Origin: Kofleriaceae bacterium
GTDB lineage: Bacteria > Myxococcota_A > Polyangia > Haliangiales > Haliangiaceae
NCBI GenBank assembly: GCA_041389925.1
Contig: JAWKQX010000006.1
Location: 279,837 to 343,836, forward strand
Reading direction: 5' to 3'
DNA length: 64,000 nucleotides
Each line of letters begins with the position of its first letter. Within the stretch, counting starts at the first letter, position 1. Under the pieces are notes generated by a model. It ran no database searches. It worked only from the letters and a program-made list of their open reading frames with translations, and had not been told where the DNA came from. Both the position numbers and the translations under genes were made by a program. Of this stretch, positions 60,968 through 64,000 are shown piece by piece.

Positions 60968-61743
60968 CGTTGGCCCTCGAGCGGCTGTCGATCGAGCTGC
61001 ACGACCGCTGTCGCAAGGCGTGCTGGTTCTGCTACAGCCACAGCGGGCCGGAGGGCGCGGCGGCGTGGCAGCCCGACGACGTCGTGGCGCTGGTGCGCGA
61101 CTGCGCGGCGCGCGGCGTGGCCGCGGTGTCGTTCGGGGGCGGCGAGCCGCTCGAGTACCCGGGGCTCTTCGCCGTCCTCACCGCGCTGCGCGGCCGGCTC
61201 TATCGATCGATCACCACGAGCGGCCTCGACCTGGACGCCCAGCTCGACCGCCTCGCGGCGTGCGCGCCGGAGCGCGTCCACGTCTCGATCCACGCGCCCG
61301 GCAACGCCGGCGAGGTGGCGCGCGTGCTTCGCCAGGTCGCGGCGCTGCGCGCGGCCGGCATCCCCAGCGGCGTCAACCTGCTGGTGCGCGCGTCGCAGCT
61401 TCCAGACGCGCGCGCGGCGGCGGCGCAGCTCCGCGCCGCCGGGATCGGCAACGACCGCATCGCGTACCTGCCCATGCGTGGCCAGGACACGCCGACGCCC
61501 GCGCAGCTCGGCGCGGTCGCCGGCGGCGCGCCGTTTCAGTCGATGACCTGCCTGGCCGCGTGCGGCAAGAGCCCGCGCTTCGCGTCGCTGGACAGCCAGG
61601 GGCGCGCGGCGTGGTGCTCGTACACGCGGACGCGGGCGCCGCTGGGCTCGCTCACCTTCGACGGCCTGGTCCGCGCGCTCGCGCCGCTGGGCGTCGAGCC
61701 GTGCGCGCGGCCCCCCGCGCGCGCGCGGCCGCTCCTGCCTTGA
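60964..61743 (+). CDS. Radical SAM domain protein (small, about 259 aa)
   Basis: 'CRKACWFCYS' is CxxxCxxC at residues 15-22. 'GGEPL' glycine-rich SAM motif ('SFGGGEPLEYPG'). Confidence 0.7.
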   Translation: MTLALERLSIELHDRCRKACWFCYSHSGPEGAAAWQPDDVVALVRDCAARGVAAVSFGGGEPLEYPGLFAVLTALRGRLYRSITTSGLDLDAQLDRLAACAPERVHVSIHAPGNAGEVARVLRQVAALRAAGIPSGVNLLVRASQLPDARAAAAQLRAAGIGNDRIAYLPMRGQDTPTPAQLGAVAGGAPFQSMTCLAACGKSPRFASLDSQGRAAWCSYTRTRAPLGSLTFDGLVRALAPLGVEPCARPPARARPLLP

Positions 61744-61777
61744 GCTGCGCGCCGCGAGGCGAGGCGCGCCGTCGCGG

Positions 61778-63604
61778 TCAGGCCGACGCGCGCGAGGCCG
61801 AGGCGTCCTTGACCGCGCCCTGCGGCACCGCGCGCAGCTCCTCGATCACCTCGCGCGCGGCCTGGAGGAACTCCTCGATAGCCTCCATCGGCATGTCGCC
61901 CATGTTCGCGACCTGGAGGAAGCGGTTGGCCAGCACCTCCTTGCACCCGTAGACGATGAAGCCGCGCTTCTTGAGCCGCGTGTACAGCTCGTCGAACTGG
62001 ATGCCTTCGGGGACGCCGCAGGTGATGACCGAGTTGGATTCCTTGCCGGTGCGGGTGAACGGCACCATGCCGAGCGCGGCCAGGCCGTGGCGCAGCCGGC
62101 GGTTGCGCGCGCGGTACATCGCGAAGCGCTTGGCGTGGCCGTCGGCGAGGAACTCCGAGCACGCGACGTCCAGCGCGAAGTACGCCGACACCGCGGGCGT
62201 GAAGGGCGTCTGCGCGAGATCATCGATGTACTTGCGATAGCGCTTGAGGTCCAGGTAGTAGCTGCGGGGCTTGGTGTTGGCGATCTTGGGCCAGGTGCGC
62301 GGCGACACGCACACGAAGCTGACGCCGCTGATCGCGTGCAGGCACTTGTTGGCGCTGCCCCAGCACACGTCGATGTTGTCGCGGACGACGTCCAGGTCCT
62401 CGGCGCCCAGCGCGGACACCGCGTCGACGAGGAACAGCGCGTCGTGTCGGCGACAGAGCGCGCCGATCTCGGTGGCCGGGTTGAGCAGGCCGACCGAGGT
62501 CTCGTGGATGGTCATCGCGACCACCTCGATGTCCGGGTGCTCCGCGAAGGCGCGCTCGACGTCCGCGACGTCGACCAGATCGCCCCACGCGTAGCGCAGC
62601 CGCACGACCTCCATCTCGTGGAGGCGACAGATCTCGTAGAGGCGCTCGCCGAACGCGCCGTTGTCGATCACCAGCACCTTGCGGTCGTACGGCACCGTCG
62701 AGGTCAGCGCGGCCTCCATCGCCGCGGTGCCGCTGCCGGTGATGCAGCAGACGGTGTGCTCCGGCGTGCCCTGAAAGACGCGTCGCAGCTTGCCGGAGAG
62801 CGAGACCATCAGCTCGCTGAAGTTCGAGTCGCGGTGGCACACGTCGTGGTGCACCATCGCCGCCTTCACCGCCGGCGTCGTGTTGACCGGACCCGGGTTC
62901 ATCAGCACGTAGCTCGGGTGCGACTTGCTCGACAGGATCGCGTTGACCGGCGTGTGGACGTCGGCGCGCGGCGGCAGGCCCCAGGGCCAGGCCAGTCGCC
63001 CGGCGCGCGCGCGCACGCGCCCGGCGCTGGCCCACATCGCCAGCGCGTCCTCCATCGAGGGGTTGTTGAAGCCCGCCAGCGCGTCGATGAGCTCCCGCGA
63101 CGCCAGCATGTGCCCGGTGAACACCGCGTCGAAGCGGTCCATGTCGAGGCCGATCTGGGTGATCTCACCGCCCTTGCCGACCCGGACCTTGACCTCGTGG
63201 CCCAGATCGCCGCTCGGCGGCGCCGCGATGGTGACGATCGCGCTCGCGTCGTGGAGCTTGGCACCGGCGAGATCCGCGAGGGACTCCGGATCGAGCGGAC
63301 GATCGCCGCGCAGCACCAGGCACGGTCCGCTCGCGGCCGCGAAGAACTCGCGCGCGAGCAGGATCGCCGAGCCGCTCTCCCGGCGCCACGAGCGGTTCGC
63401 CAGCACCTCGATGCGCATCCCGGACAGCTCCGCGATGCTGAGGAAGTTGCGGAGCTCGGCGGCGTGCTCTCCATCCACCACGCACACGTCGGTCACCCCG
63501 ATCTTCGCCAGGGAGATCAGCGTGCGGGTGAGCAGCCCGAGGCTCGGGGACCCGCCGCCCTCGAAGACCAGGCGGTTGGCGACGACGATGGCGTGTTGAA
63601 TCAT
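61778..63604 (-). CDS. phnW: Fusion protein: N-terminal nucleotidyltransferase-like (PntC/LicC-like, P-loop degenerate) domain plus C-terminal 2-aminoethylphosphonate:pyruvate aminotransferase (PhnW-like, class V)
   Basis: C-terminal half aligns block-by-block with PhnW: 'LMNPGPVNTT', 'DNGAFGER', 'HETSVGLLNP', 'SANKC', 'GFIVYGCK'. The N-terminal 230 aa has a 'VVDGEH...GMRIEVLAN' NTase-like fold but lacks the GxGxRL motif. Confidence 0.75.
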   Translation of the reverse strand: MIQHAIVVANRLVFEGGGSPSLGLLTRTLISLAKIGVTDVCVVDGEHAAELRNFLSIAELSGMRIEVLANRSWRRESGSAILLAREFFAAASGPCLVLRGDRPLDPESLADLAGAKLHDASAIVTIAAPPSGDLGHEVKVRVGKGGEITQIGLDMDRFDAVFTGHMLASRELIDALAGFNNPSMEDALAMWASAGRVRARAGRLAWPWGLPPRADVHTPVNAILSSKSHPSYVLMNPGPVNTTPAVKAAMVHHDVCHRDSNFSELMVSLSGKLRRVFQGTPEHTVCCITGSGTAAMEAALTSTVPYDRKVLVIDNGAFGERLYEICRLHEMEVVRLRYAWGDLVDVADVERAFAEHPDIEVVAMTIHETSVGLLNPATEIGALCRRHDALFLVDAVSALGAEDLDVVRDNIDVCWGSANKCLHAISGVSFVCVSPRTWPKIANTKPRSYYLDLKRYRKYIDDLAQTPFTPAVSAYFALDVACSEFLADGHAKRFAMYRARNRRLRHGLAALGMVPFTRTGKESNSVITCGVPEGIQFDELYTRLKKRGFIVYGCKEVLANRFLQVANMGDMPMEAIEEFLQAAREVIEELRAVPQGAVKDASASRASA

Positions 63605-63639
63605 GGGGGCGCTGCATCCTGCAGCAAGCCTCGTACCTT

Positions 63640-63725
63640 GACATCTATATAAGAATTACAAATACTTACACTGGAAGTGGTTGGAAACTGACACCTGGAG
63701 TGGTGAATCGTCACCTGCGCGGCGC
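63640..63725. promoter_or_regulatory. AT-rich island (about 40% GC against about 70% background) immediately upstream of the phnW-fusion gene; candidate promoter
   Basis: cttgacatctatataagaattacaaatacttacactggaagtggttggaaactgacacc. The TTGACA / TATAAG / TACTTA hexamers cannot be assigned unambiguously. Confidence 0.4.
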
Positions 63726-63811
63726 CAGCCCGGCGCACGATCGTCACGTTTTGACCGGCCCGGCCTGCGCTCGCGTCCCGGGCAAGGCGGGCGCACCCGT
63801 GCGCCAAGATC

Positions 63812-64000
63812 AGGGGCGAGGCATCAGCGTGGGGCCGAGCTCGCGGAGCAGCTTCTCCGCGTGGCCGTGGGCCAGCGGGGTGTCCACGTCGACCCAGACC
63901 GCGTCGCCCACGTCGACGACCCGCATCTTGCCCTGCGCGGCGAGCTTGGCCATGCCCTGCGACAGCGAGCAGCCCGCCGGTCCCTCGACCTCCTCGAGCG
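63812..64000 (-). CDS. 3' end of a gene running off the window: C-terminus of a nucleotidyltransferase-like protein (partial)
   Basis: Reverse translation '...LEEVEGPAGCSLSQGMAKLAAQGKMRVVDVGDAVWVDVDTPLAHGHAEKLLRELGPTLMPRP*'. High GC3. Confidence 0.45.

Overview
This is a very high-GC (about 70%) bacterial chromosomal segment in the style of a deltaproteobacterium or myxobacterium. Evidence for that placement: GC3-saturated codon usage, frequent GTG starts, GTGA/ATGA start/stop overlaps, a MYXO-CTERM-like motif, TSP3/OmpA proteins, Ser/Thr kinase–FHA pairs and many TPR/LRR/HEAT proteins.

I count roughly 50 protein-coding genes on both strands and no rRNA, tRNA or CRISPR. Products recognisable from motifs include:
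- a TSP3-repeat/OmpA surface protein (5' partial)
- a crotonase
- an MBL hydrolase
- a GAF–sigma54 activator
- a Trx2-type thioredoxin
- a secreted S8 protease
- a truncated haemoglobin translationally coupled to a CDGSH Fe-S protein
- a 2OG-Fe(II) oxygenase
- a FadN-like 3-hydroxyacyl-CoA dehydrogenase/hydratase
- a MORN+LRR protein
- two tandem paralogous LuxR regulators plus a coupled small LuxR HTH protein
- a CysZ/EI24 membrane protein
- a DEDD exonuclease
- a divergent FHA–STPK pair
- PabB-like ADC synthase coupled to a TPR–AIM24-like protein
- ComEC carrying a low-complexity Ala/Thr/Pro insertion
- a DUF885 protein
- an HscC-like lidless Hsp70 coupled to a J-protein
- a KAS III-like enzyme
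- a 2x cNMP-binding protein
- a zinc-ribbon/Pro-rich/GY-repeat/multi-TM protein coupled to an M14 peptidase
- an ArsB/NhaD permease
- cyclophilin
- a CAP-domain lipoprotein
- myo-inositol-1-phosphate synthase
- a MocR regulator
- a HEAT-repeat protein
- a small radical SAM enzyme
- a nucleotidyltransferase–2-aminoethylphosphonate transaminase fusion (phosphonate tailoring)

Non-coding oddities:
- a dense array of CACGTG-containing 9-mers in a divergent intergenic region
- two GGCGGTGGC-type simple-sequence tracts (one intergenic, one inside comEC)
- a 50-bp x3 tandem repeat upstream of comEC
- several sharply AT-rich promoter-like islands

All calls come from reading motifs by eye. No database search was possible.
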